Assembly (NCBI GenBank): GCA_903872565.1
Contig: CAIQLG010000287.1
Location: forward strand, 4,936 to 68,935
Direction: 5' to 3'
Length of the DNA stretch: 64,000 bases
Source: an uncultured Lentisphaerota bacterium
GTDB lineage: Bacteria > Verrucomicrobiota > Lentisphaeria > Victivallales > GWF2-50-93
The notes below the pieces were generated by a model. The model was not told the DNA's origin. It ran no database searches and worked only from the letters and a program-made list of their open reading frames with translations. Positions 19,214 through 27,916 of the stretch are shown here, piece after piece. The translations under genes and the position numbers were made by a program. Every line of letters begins with the position of its first letter. Position 1 is the first letter of the stretch.

Positions 19214-19513
19214 ATGAAAAACATAAGAAAACCGAAACATCCTGGAATGATACTGAATGAACTATATCTTGATGAACTTGGCATTACTCTGACAGATTTC
19301 GCCAATTACATTGGCGTGTCCAGAAAAGCCATATCCGCAATTGTAAATGGACGCAAGCGGGTAACACCCGAAATGGCGCTCCGTTTTGCAAAAGCCTTCA
19401 ACACGACTCCGGAACTTTGGTTGAACCTACAGCAAAATTATGATCTTTGGATGGCCAAGCAAGCCATAGGGGATAAAATATCGTCAATACATCCGCTTTG
19501 CGCCGTGGCGTGA
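19214..19513 (+). CDS. higA: HigA-family antitoxin (XRE HTH)
   Basis: HPGMILNELYLDELGITLTDFANYIGVSRKAISAIVNGRKRVTPEMALRFAKAF. I prefer the ATG at 19214, which has an AGGA upstream. Confidence 0.8.
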   Translation: MKNIRKPKHPGMILNELYLDELGITLTDFANYIGVSRKAISAIVNGRKRVTPEMALRFAKAFNTTPELWLNLQQNYDLWMAKQAIGDKISSIHPLCAVA

Positions 19514-19591
19514 TCCATCAGTTTTATTACTTCATCGCTTATAGGTGATTTTTGCGCTTTACCCTGATGGATGCGCCAGACGTTGATTGGA

Positions 19592-20338
19592 TCAGTTTAT
19601 GAGAATGACGATGGCGGTGATATTGTCGAGTCCGCCGGCCCAGTTTGATACCTTGACGATTTCATCGCATATTTCCTGTGGCGTCTTTTTCTTGTCGGAA
19701 AGAATTTTAGAGAGATCGTCGTCGTCAATCATATTTGTGACTCCATCGGAGCAGAGGAGTACTCTATCTCCGCTCATCAGATTGAAATCTTTAGCTTCGG
19801 GAATAGGTGGAGATGGCATTCCCATGAACCTGATGAGGCGGTTTTTCGATGGGTGATATTTAAACTCCTCCTCGGTTATGGCTCCTTCATCGAAAAGAAG
19901 CTGTGACAGGTTATGATCCTTTGTCAGCTGTCTGAAATCGTGGTCTCTCAGGAGATATGCCCTGCTGTCGCCCATATTGGCTACAAGCATCTTGTGGTCG
20001 GCTATTATTGCGCACACCAGTGTGGCACCCATTCCGGTGAGGCCCGGCTGATCCTCTGTTTTGTCCGCTATAAGATTGCTCAATTGCGATATTTTTTTGA
20101 TAAGCTGGCGTTTTATCTTGTCCTGCAGGATGTCCCTGTCTTTCGGTATAATCTCGCGGACGAGTTCTGGGAGTGTTTCTGTTACGATGCCGGAGGCAAT
20201 ATCTCCAGCGAATTCGCCTCCAATGCCATCCGAGACGACGAAGAGCCCCAGTTCGGGATCGGCTTTCCACGAATCCTCGTTCTTTTCCCGTTTAAGGCCT
20301 TTGTCGGTTATTCCCGCATATGAAAATTGGTTCAACAT
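19592..20338 (-). CDS. PP2C-family Ser/Thr protein phosphatase
   Basis: KREKNEDS, VSDGIGGEFAG, MGATL, NMGDSRAY, LLCSDGV. Confidence 0.85.
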   Translation of the reverse strand: MLNQFSYAGITDKGLKREKNEDSWKADPELGLFVVSDGIGGEFAGDIASGIVTETLPELVREIIPKDRDILQDKIKRQLIKKISQLSNLIADKTEDQPGLTGMGATLVCAIIADHKMLVANMGDSRAYLLRDHDFRQLTKDHNLSQLLFDEGAITEEEFKYHPSKNRLIRFMGMPSPPIPEAKDFNLMSGDRVLLCSDGVTNMIDDDDLSKILSDKKKTPQEICDEIVKVSNWAGGLDNITAIVILIN

Positions 20339-20522
20339 AAAACCCGCATCTTCGCATTTCTATTTGATTAAAATAACAATCTAGCAAGCTTTTTCCTAAT
20401 TTCAGCCAAAGTTTTGATTTTTATTCAAATAAACAATGATTGTGTGCGGCTTGAAACTTCATTGTACTGGTTTTCTTTTACGATTTCAGGAAAAAATTAT
20501 ACATGTTCAATAAGGAAAGCAA

Positions 20523-20699
20523 ATGTTTGACGAAAGACTGAAGAAGAAGATCGAGAAAAGGAAGATCGTTGCGGTAATAGTCATAGAATCTGCGGAGAAT
20601 GCTGTCCCCACAGCGAAGGCACTGATGGATGGAGGAATAGACATCATCGAGCTTGCGTTCAGGACTCCGGATCGCAAGATATCCCGAGGTCGCCGATAA
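20523..20699 (+). pseudogene. eda: 5-prime fragment of a KDPG/KHG aldolase gene (about 48 native codons, then out-of-frame tail)
   Basis: MFDERLKKKIEKRKIVAVIVIESAENAVPTAKALMDGGIDIIELAFRTP matches the Eda N-terminus. It then reads DRKISRGRR-stop. AAGGA RBS is present. Confidence 0.6.
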
Positions 20700-21078
20700 A
20701 ATGGCGAAGCAGTTCCCGAATCTCGAAAAGGTCGCCTGTACCCTGAGAGAAAGCATTTCCGCCAGCCACAACAACTGGGGAGCCATGCTCTACGACACCA
20801 AAACTAAAACTGCGAATTTCGCACCTATGGACGGTGGAAAATATGCCCCATACGAAATCAGAAACATTGTTGACAGAGTCGGTGGTGGCGACGCCTTTGC
20901 CGCAGGCCTGATTTTTGCAATGAACGATCCGGCACTAAAAAATCCTGAAAAGACAATTGCGTTTGCGACTGCCGCCTCCTGCCTGGCTCATTCGATAAGG
21001 GGAGACTTCAACTTCATATCGAGAAGCGAGGCCGAGGCACTTATGAAAGGCAGCACCTCTGGAAGAGTGGTCAGATAA
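20653..21078 (+). pseudogene. kdgK: 3-prime fragment of a PfkB-family 2-dehydro-3-deoxygluconokinase gene
   Basis: PEVADKMAKQFPNLEKVACTLRES ... NIVDRVGGGDAFAAGLIF (PfkB DxxGxGD). Only the C-terminal part (about 135 residues) is present, in a different frame from the eda fragment. Confidence 0.65.
20810..20824. repeat. 15-bp palindrome family, one mismatch (CTGCGAATTTCGCAC)
   Basis: Read directly. Lies inside the kdgK remnant. Confidence 0.8.
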
Positions 21079-21223
21079 AGCCAGAAAAACATTTTGCCAC
21101 AATAAGGCACAAAAGTCACAAATTAAAAAAGTTAAAAGAATCTATTTCCATATTGGTAAAACTAGTGGAACTGGAATAGAATAAAGGCTTGAATTTTAAT
21201 TTAAAATGAAGGAGACATATCCG

Positions 21224-21445
21224 ATGGAAGAAAAAATCAAGAAAGTTCTAGAGGAACTCAGGGTCCATCTTCAGGCGGACGGTGGAGATCTCGAGCTTGT
21301 GAGCATCACTGGGAAGAAAGTTCTTCTGAGACTCAAGGGAGCCTGTGGCTGCTGCCCTCACGCAACAATGACTCTCAAGGATGGCATAGAACGGATACTC
21401 AGAGAGAAAGTTGATCCAAAGATAGAAGTGGAAAGATCCGAATAG
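21224..21445 (+). CDS. NifU C-terminal-domain Fe-S scaffold-like protein
   Basis: LQADGGDLELV ... LKGACGCCPHATMTLKDGIE. I prefer the ATG at 21224 because AAGGAG lies 8 nt upstream; the track start is 21206. Confidence 0.75.
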   Translation: MEEKIKKVLEELRVHLQADGGDLELVSITGKKVLLRLKGACGCCPHATMTLKDGIERILREKVDPKIEVERSE

Positions 21446-21516
21446 TATTTAACAGTTCGGCATACTCCGTCCTTAGCGGAGCCCATTCTTTGGCAAACAC
21501 AAAAAGGAGCAAGGTG

Positions 21517-21972
21517 ATGACAGTCTCTGAAATTGTTGAAAAAAGGGGAAACTCCAGAGAAAATCTGATTCAGATTCTCCACGACATCCAGGATGTTTCC
21601 GGTGACAATTCCCTGCACAAGGACAAGATCGAGGAATTGTCGAAGCTGATGGACTTGAATGTGGCGGACATCGTAGGAACGGCTTCGTTCTACACGATGT
21701 TCAGTCTCGTGCCAAGAGGGAAACATATCATACGTCTCTGCGACAGCCCCCCATGCTACATCATGGGATCGGACAACATACTCGAGGCACTCGAGAAGAA
21801 GCTCGGAATCAAGATGGGCGCAACTACGGAGGATGGCATGTTCACACTGGAACCGACAAGCTGTCTCGGAGTTTGCGGTGTAGCCCCTGCCCTCATGATA
21901 GATGAGGAGGTCTATGGCAATCTCACGAACGAAAAGGTAAATGGAATCATAGACGGGATAAGAGCCGGCTGA
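21517..21972 (+). CDS. hydC: [FeFe]-hydrogenase gamma subunit, NuoE-like [2Fe-2S] protein
   Basis: CDSPPCYIMG ... CLGVCGVAPALMIDEEVYG thioredoxin-like 2Fe-2S pattern. AAGGAG RBS before the ATG at 21517. Confidence 0.85.
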   Translation: MTVSEIVEKRGNSRENLIQILHDIQDVSGDNSLHKDKIEELSKLMDLNVADIVGTASFYTMFSLVPRGKHIIRLCDSPPCYIMGSDNILEALEKKLGIKMGATTEDGMFTLEPTSCLGVCGVAPALMIDEEVYGNLTNEKVNGIIDGIRAG

Positions 21973-21991
21973 AATTTAAGGAGAACACACT

Positions 21992-23632
21992 ATGAGCAGG
22001 CCGAGAAGTTATGTTATGATCCCGATTGATGCGAACAGCGTCATCAACGGGGCGAGAGAGGTCAAGAACCGCTTTTCCGCCGAGATAGGCAAACGCGGAC
22101 TGAGCGATGAGTTCAAAGTGATCGAGACTGGCTCTTTCGGTCCCTCCGACTGCGGGGTGCTGGCGGCTGTCCAGCCGGAAGGAGTCGTCTATGGCAATGT
22201 AAAGACATCAGATGTGGCTGAAATCGTCGAAGAGCACTTTGTGAAGGGGCGCAAATGCCAGAAGTTCATACTGCCTTCCGACAAGAAGATCACGCTTCCA
22301 ATAGCTGACGCATCCAGCGCGCTTTCTCTCCAGTCGGCCGGAAGGATTGTCCTTGACAATTGCGGAAAGATAGATCCTGAAAGCATTGACGAATATATTG
22401 CGGATGACGGATATGTCGCCTTGGGTAAGGCTCTCACGGAGATGACACCTGAACAGGTGATCACCGAGATGAAAGATTCCGGGCTGAGAGGGCGCGGTGG
22501 AGCAGGCTTCCCGACCGGGCTGAAATGGAGCTTTTGCGCACCTGTCAAATCCAAGGAGAAATACGTGATTTGTAATGCCGATGAAGGCGAGCCCGGCACA
22601 TTCAAGGACAGGCTGATAATGGAAGGCGATCCGCACAAGGTCATCGAAGGAATGGCCATATGCGGCTATGCCATCGGCGCAAATATGGGATATATCTACA
22701 TCCGGGGCGAATACAAACTTTCAATACAGAGAATCCAGAAAGCTATTGAAGACGCCAAAAAATACGGGCTCCTGGGGAAAAAGATATTCAAGAGCAAATT
22801 CAATTTCGACATCGAAATAAAAATTGGTGCTGGTGCGTACGTCTGCGGCGAAGAGACCGCACTCATCGAATCAATGGAGGGGAAAAGAGGGATGCCCAGA
22901 CTGAAGCCACCGTTTCCGGCACAGTGCGGATTCCGAGGCAAGCCTACAAATGTGAACAATGTCGAAACTCTCGCAAATGTCGCTCCTATCATCCGCAACG
23001 GCGCAAAATGGTTCCATAATTTCGGAACGGCTGGAACACCAGGGACAAAAGTCTATACAGTTCTCGGCCACATAAACCGCCCCGGTCTGATCGAAGTCCC
23101 GACTGGGGTGACTCTCAGGGAGATCATCGAGGAATATGGCGGTGGAATCAAGAAGGGCAAGTTCAAGATGGCACAGCTCGGCGGAACCGCCGGCGACATC
23201 ATGGGCGAGGAAATGCTAGATGTCCCGATGGATTACGATGCGATGCAGAAAGTCGGCCACACCCTCGGATCCGGCGCCATTCTCATAATGGATGAAAGCA
23301 TTGGCGTAAATGACTTCCTGGATGCCTGCATGCGCTTCTTCCTGCATGAGACATGCGGAAACTGCAATCCCTGCAGGAACGGACTCAAAATTATTTCAGA
23401 CATCACAGGCAGACTCAAGGCTGGGAAAGCCTATTCCGACGATATAAACGCGATGGAAGAGGTTTCCATGATGCTCAAGGCCTCAGCTTTCTGTCCCCTC
23501 GGACAATCGCCCGCAGCACCTATCACTTCGGCACTGAGATACTTCCGCAAGGAAATGGAGGCGGGAGTGGATCCATCCATCAACAGAGAGATCAGAAGAA
23601 ACAACAGAAATCTCATCCCGCTGGCAAGCTGA
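21992..23632 (+). CDS. hydB: [FeFe]-hydrogenase beta subunit, NuoF-like NAD(P)H/FMN/[4Fe-4S] protein
   Basis: GLRGRGGAGFPTGLKW, ADEGEPGTFKDR, CGNCNPCRNG. Confidence 0.9.
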   Translation: MSRPRSYVMIPIDANSVINGAREVKNRFSAEIGKRGLSDEFKVIETGSFGPSDCGVLAAVQPEGVVYGNVKTSDVAEIVEEHFVKGRKCQKFILPSDKKITLPIADASSALSLQSAGRIVLDNCGKIDPESIDEYIADDGYVALGKALTEMTPEQVITEMKDSGLRGRGGAGFPTGLKWSFCAPVKSKEKYVICNADEGEPGTFKDRLIMEGDPHKVIEGMAICGYAIGANMGYIYIRGEYKLSIQRIQKAIEDAKKYGLLGKKIFKSKFNFDIEIKIGAGAYVCGEETALIESMEGKRGMPRLKPPFPAQCGFRGKPTNVNNVETLANVAPIIRNGAKWFHNFGTAGTPGTKVYTVLGHINRPGLIEVPTGVTLREIIEEYGGGIKKGKFKMAQLGGTAGDIMGEEMLDVPMDYDAMQKVGHTLGSGAILIMDESIGVNDFLDACMRFFLHETCGNCNPCRNGLKIISDITGRLKAGKAYSDDINAMEEVSMMLKASAFCPLGQSPAAPITSALRYFRKEMEAGVDPSINREIRRNNRNLIPLAS

Positions 23633-23670
23633 ATTAAATAAAATTAAAAAAATAATCGAAGGAGACTAAA

Positions 23671-25449
23671 ATGGCCGTAAATCTTACGATAAACAGAGTT
23701 CCAGTGACTGTTCCCGAAGGAACGACAATTCTGGACGCCGCAAAAGAGGTTGGAATCAAAATTCCAACACTATGCCATCTCGAAGGGGTCGGAAGCCCAG
23801 GTTCCTGCCGCGTATGCCTTGTCGAAGTCCAGGGAGCAAGGACGCTTCAGCCTTCCTGCGTTACAAAAGTCGGACAGGGAATGGTTGTGTGTACAAACTC
23901 CAAAATTGCAAGAGAGGCTAGACAGCTTTCGGTTGAACTTCTTCTCGCGAACCATCCGTGGGACTGCAATGCGTGCGTCAGAAACAACAAATGTGAACTT
24001 CAAACACTTGCCTCTGAGATGGGCATAACCGAAGTCCGCTTTCCCTACACCAAGGAGCAATTGCCAATTGACGACAGCACTCCTGCCCTCATCAGGGACA
24101 ACAACAAATGCATCCTCTGCCGCCGTTGCGTCTCTGTCTGCCAGGATGTACAGGGCGTGGGCTCTCTTGCTCCGCGTCTCCGCGGCTTTGACACAATCAT
24201 AGGAACAGGCGCAGGCGAAAAACTTTCCGATGCGGTATGCGTGCAGTGCGGACAGTGCTCCACTGTATGCCCTGTCGGCGCAATCTATGAGAAAGATGCC
24301 ATCGAGGATGTTTGGAAGGCTCTCGACGATCCGACCAAGCACGTTGTTGTCCAGACTGCTCCCGCAATCAGGGCCGCCCTGGGAGAATGTTTCGGACTTA
24401 AACCGGGGACATGCGTAACCGGGAAAATGGTCACGGCGCTAAGAAGAATGGGCTTCGACAAGGTTTTCGACACTAACTTCACCGCCGATCTCACGATCAT
24501 CGAGGAAGGACACGAACTTCTCACCAGGCTTAAAGACGCCCTCGTCGATAAGAAGGAAGTAGCGCTTCCCATGTTTACAAGCTGTTCCCCGGGGTGGATC
24601 AACTTCATGGAATATTTCTATCCGGAAATCATCCCGAACATATCAACATGCAAATCGCCCCAGCAGATGTTCGGCGCCCTCGCAAAAACATATTATGCCC
24701 AGAAAGAGGGCATTGATCCAAAAAATATAGTTGTGGTCTCCGTGATGCCATGCACAGCCAAAAAATTCGAGTGCTCAAGAGATGAAATGAACTCCTCCGG
24801 GTTCAAGGACGTTGACTTTGTCCTGACGACAAGGGAACTCGGCAGAATGATCACCGAAGCCGGCCTTGACTTCCTTAACCTGCCCGACGGCGAACAGGAC
24901 TCCCCGATGGGAATGTCAACTGGTGCAGCCGACATCTTTGCCAACACCGGCGGGGTCATGGAAGCCGCGATCAGGACAGTCTATGAAGTGGTTACCGGCC
25001 GTCAACTTCCGATGGACGGACTCCATATCAAGCCGATCCAGGGACTCAAGGGGCTCAAGGAGGTTTCACTTACATTTACGGATTGTGTGCCAGACTGGAA
25101 GTTCCTCGAAGGCGTAACTGCGAAAGTCGCAGTCGCTCACGGGCTTTCGAATGCTCGCAAGATCTGCGACATCGTGGCCGCCGGCAACAAACCCGGCTAT
25201 CATTTCATCGAAGTGATGTGCTGCCCCGGCGGATGTATCGGCGGCGGTGGACAACCTCTCTTCACGACGGACGAAGTCAGGAAGGCCAGGATCAAGGCCA
25301 TCTACAAGGAAGATGAACATAGGCCAATGCGCAAATCGCATGAAAATCCGGCTATCACACAGATATACAAGGAATTCCTTGGCAAGCCGCTTGGACACAA
25401 GTCCCACGAGCTTCTGCATACTCATTATCACAAGAAAGAAAAGAAGTAA
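23671..25449 (+). CDS. hydA: [FeFe]-hydrogenase catalytic subunit (M3-type: 2Fe-2S, His-ligated 4Fe-4S, two ferredoxin clusters, H-domain)
   Basis: N-terminal cluster motifs CRVCLVEV, HPWDCNACVRNNKCELQ, CILCRRCVSVC and CVQCGQCSTVCP. H-cluster L2 is MPCTAKKFE and L3 is EVMCCPGGCIGGGGQP. L1 reads FTSCSPGW, which deviates from the consensus. Confidence 0.9.
   Translation: MAVNLTINRVPVTVPEGTTILDAAKEVGIKIPTLCHLEGVGSPGSCRVCLVEVQGARTLQPSCVTKVGQGMVVCTNSKIAREARQLSVELLLANHPWDCNACVRNNKCELQTLASEMGITEVRFPYTKEQLPIDDSTPALIRDNNKCILCRRCVSVCQDVQGVGSLAPRLRGFDTIIGTGAGEKLSDAVCVQCGQCSTVCPVGAIYEKDAIEDVWKALDDPTKHVVVQTAPAIRAALGECFGLKPGTCVTGKMVTALRRMGFDKVFDTNFTADLTIIEEGHELLTRLKDALVDKKEVALPMFTSCSPGWINFMEYFYPEIIPNISTCKSPQQMFGALAKTYYAQKEGIDPKNIVVVSVMPCTAKKFECSRDEMNSSGFKDVDFVLTTRELGRMITEAGLDFLNLPDGEQDSPMGMSTGAADIFANTGGVMEAAIRTVYEVVTGRQLPMDGLHIKPIQGLKGLKEVSLTFTDCVPDWKFLEGVTAKVAVAHGLSNARKICDIVAAGNKPGYHFIEVMCCPGGCIGGGGQPLFTTDEVRKARIKAIYKEDEHRPMRKSHENPAITQIYKEFLGKPLGHKSHELLHTHYHKKEKK
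25118..25132. repeat. 15-bp palindrome family, one mismatch (CTGCGAAAGTCGCAG)
   Basis: Read directly. Lies inside hydA. Confidence 0.7.
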
Positions 25450-25508
25450 TTCCGTCTTTGCTCGCTGTCGATATCGTCGCGCACCTTGCCGGATTGGCAA
25501 AAATCAGG

Positions 25509-25544
25509 GGGCGGGGGTATCGTCCCGCCCGGCGATGTTTTTTC
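25509..25544 (+). terminator. Possible intrinsic terminator after hydA
   Basis: GGGCGGG-8 nt-CCCGCCC stem, then GGCGATG and a T7 run at 25538-25544. The gap between stem and T-run is not canonical. Confidence 0.45.
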
Positions 25545-25843
25545 TAGGGAAATTTGATTTCAGCGCGCAGTCCTCTTTGTCTTCGTGCGCCTTTTTAAGA
25601 GAGGACATAGAGGACGATGAAGACGGAAAATAGAGGACAAAGAGGACAGGCGGCGCAGATACCAGATTTCGGAAATTACAGAACAATAGGCGAACCAAAA
25701 AATTCTGCCAACACCTAGACAGGCGTGGCAAATTTTAAGCGTAAAAAATATACGGCGCAGTGCCCGGGCTTAAATTTGGGCTTGAATCCTATCACTTCAT
25801 GTCGGGATACTTGAGCATGTCGTCGAGCTTGGACTTGATCATG

Positions 25844-26323
25844 TCATCCATATTCTTTTCGCGTTTTTCGACACGCTCCTTCATCCTCTTCCATTTTTCC
25901 TCGACTTTCGCGAGCATTTTTTTTCAAAAACTCAAAAAACGGGATATCTGCGGGCACAAAACAAAGTTTTCCCATTTCCTCTGTTGATGCCCACATGAGT
26001 TTCTGTCCTTCCATAGGGTGAAGATTTTCCAGGCTGTCATCAATAAAAGTACGCAGAAAGTGAATCCTTACCGTTTTTTCAGGATATGTGTGGAAGATTT
26101 CAAAAATCTGATCGGCGGCAAATACATTGACCCCGAGTTCTTCCTTGAGTTCTCGGCGTAGTGATTCTTGGATGCTTTCATCGTCGTGGATTTTTCCTCC
26201 GGGAAACTCCCACATTCCGGCGAGATGCTTACCTTCGGGGCGCGTGCAGATGAGTATCCGGCCATCTTTCCGTATGACAGCGGCGCAGACCCGAATGCAA
26301 TTGTCCAATCTCATATTCTCCAT
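25844..26323 (-). CDS. NUDIX hydrolase (MutT-like)
   Basis: GMWEFPGGKIHDDESIQESLRRELKEELGV NUDIX box. I prefer the start at MENMRL (26323). The 3-prime end is doubtful; see the T8-tract finding. Confidence 0.8.
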   Translation of the reverse strand: MENMRLDNCIRVCAAVIRKDGRILICTRPEGKHLAGMWEFPGGKIHDDESIQESLRRELKEELGVNVFAADQIFEIFHTYPEKTVRIHFLRTFIDDSLENLHPMEGQKLMWASTEEMGKLCFVPADIPFFEFLKKNARESRGKMEEDEGACRKTRKEYG

Positions 26324-26589
26324 CGCATAATATAGCTCATGATTGAATATTCTAATGTGCTGTTCAAAAAACAAGCCAGTTTTTATTGTAGAGTTTACTG
26401 TAGCCGCCCCTATGTTAGGGGCGGCTTACACGGCCAACATGGCCGTGGCTACATCGAATACAATTGCAAAGGCTGACATTTTACTCTTCAAAGAAAAAAT
26501 GAGTATAAACATATTGCATTATGCTTGTATGGATTTAAATTATGGAATTCGGAAAGGCAATATGTTTAAAACAAAACAATGGAGGAAAA

Positions 26590-26952
26590 ATGAAAAATCT
26601 GTTGGTTGGGATTATGTTGGGAGCACTGGTTTTATTCATCACAGGGTGCAGCATCTTTGACGGTATGACGCAGTCACATCACGAGGACAATTCCACAAGC
26701 ATGGATGTACCTCTCGCCCTTGACGTTGTTTCCGCAGCCATCGAGAAGTCTGTTCCGAAGACCGGTTATAGCGTAAACAAGACCAAGGACACTATCCTCG
26801 ACAAGGAATTTGTAGGCCAGGATATTGATATCACAGCCAAGAAGATAAATGACAACTCTTCTAAAATATATGTCCGCATAGGTTTCTCTGGCGATCCGGT
26901 AAAAGAAGGCGCCATCATTTCCGAGATCAAAAAAGAACTTAATATAAAATAA
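26590..26952 (+). CDS. Small lipoprotein, function unknown
   Basis: MKNLLVGIMLGALVLFITGC lipobox. GGAGG RBS before the ATG at 26590. Confidence 0.6.
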   Translation: MKNLLVGIMLGALVLFITGCSIFDGMTQSHHEDNSTSMDVPLALDVVSAAIEKSVPKTGYSVNKTKDTILDKEFVGQDIDITAKKINDNSSKIYVRIGFSGDPVKEGAIISEIKKELNIK

Positions 26953-27801
26953 TTATTTTCTGATATCAGAGATTTTTAATTTCTGGATAGGCCCCGTAAA
27001 TCTTCTATATTTTTCCGGGGCTTTTATTTTTCCCCCATAGTTGATCGCAAGACTGGGGCAGAAATTATAACATCTGAAACAAAGCAGGCATTTATCTTTT
27101 CTTTTCAAATCTGAATTCCAAAGTTCAAAAAACAGATTCTCTGTCGGGCAAGTGTTTACACACAATCTGCATTTTATGCATCTGTCCTTCGAAAATTTGA
27201 ATTTATCTGGGAGTTTACTCTTACCACGCCTGAAAAAAGCCCTTTCCAGGCCTCCCAATAAAACCTGGTAGAATCTTTTTCCTTCAAGGTATTCTTTGTT
27301 TTCCGCTATTTTCCCGGCAACTTTTTTAATCTTTATGGAAGCTTTAGCCTTTATTTTTTCCAGTTTATCTCCTTCAGCTGGCTTGGACAACGAGAATGGT
27401 AGCATTGCAACATTGAAATTGGTCGTCAGATCAATTTGAAAACTTTGCAAGAACTTATACCCCTTTTCTTCTACATCTTTCTTGAAAAATATGCATCCAT
27501 CACCAGAAAATCCGGCCTGAGTGCAAAATGCACCGAATTTTTTGCCGTCCGAAACCTTGGGCAAATCATGGATAAAATCCATCATGTTTGTCGGAAGGTC
27601 TGAACCATATATCGGGAATCCGACAATTACCTGGTCCGCCTTTTCTATCTCCTTGACGGTGAAACCTTCCTCTTTCAGAACAGGATTTTCCAACGAATAC
27701 ATCTCGACGGTATTTCCCAGGCTTTCCAGCTCCGATTTCAATATCGAAGAAGCCCACCAAGTGTTCCCAGTTCCACTGAAATAAAATATGACGATTTTCA
27801 T
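26953..27801 (-). CDS. Flavodoxin-like domain fused to a 2x[4Fe-4S] ferredoxin domain (EFR1-like)
   Basis: MKIVIFYFSGTGNTWW flavodoxin-type start. CIKCRLCVNTCP and CLLCFRCYNFCP cluster motifs. Confidence 0.7.
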   Translation of the reverse strand: MKIVIFYFSGTGNTWWASSILKSELESLGNTVEMYSLENPVLKEEGFTVKEIEKADQVIVGFPIYGSDLPTNMMDFIHDLPKVSDGKKFGAFCTQAGFSGDGCIFFKKDVEEKGYKFLQSFQIDLTTNFNVAMLPFSLSKPAEGDKLEKIKAKASIKIKKVAGKIAENKEYLEGKRFYQVLLGGLERAFFRRGKSKLPDKFKFSKDRCIKCRLCVNTCPTENLFFELWNSDLKRKDKCLLCFRCYNFCPSLAINYGGKIKAPEKYRRFTGPIQKLKISDIRK

Positions 27802-27916
27802 ATCATTCTCCGTTAGTGTGCAAAATATTTATTTACTGATCGCTATCGCTATCGTCAAAATTCCTTTTTCGATCCCGATCCCGATAGCGACCCCGACTCC
27901 GAAGAAAATCTGAAAA

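Noticed and set aside
12292-19513. Calling the island an intact integrative mobile element
   Set aside because: I found no integrase, excisionase, conjugation gene or transposase, and only one short att-like duplication next to the tRNA. It is reported as an island, not as a mobile element.
20478-20786. 102-aa minus-strand ORF across the eda/kdgK junction
   Set aside because: It is antisense to two recognisable gene fragments and has no motif or RBS.
25504-25987. ORFs 25504-25731 (minus) and 25760-25987 (plus) downstream of hydA
   Set aside because: The first covers the terminator region and low-complexity sequence. The second is antisense to the NUDIX 3-prime end. Neither has supporting signals.
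27836-27903. Short tandem units (GCTATC x2, GATCCC x2) with partial dyad symmetry upstream of the flavodoxin/ferredoxin gene
   Set aside because: The units are very short with too few copies. No second copy was seen in the window, so chance cannot be excluded.
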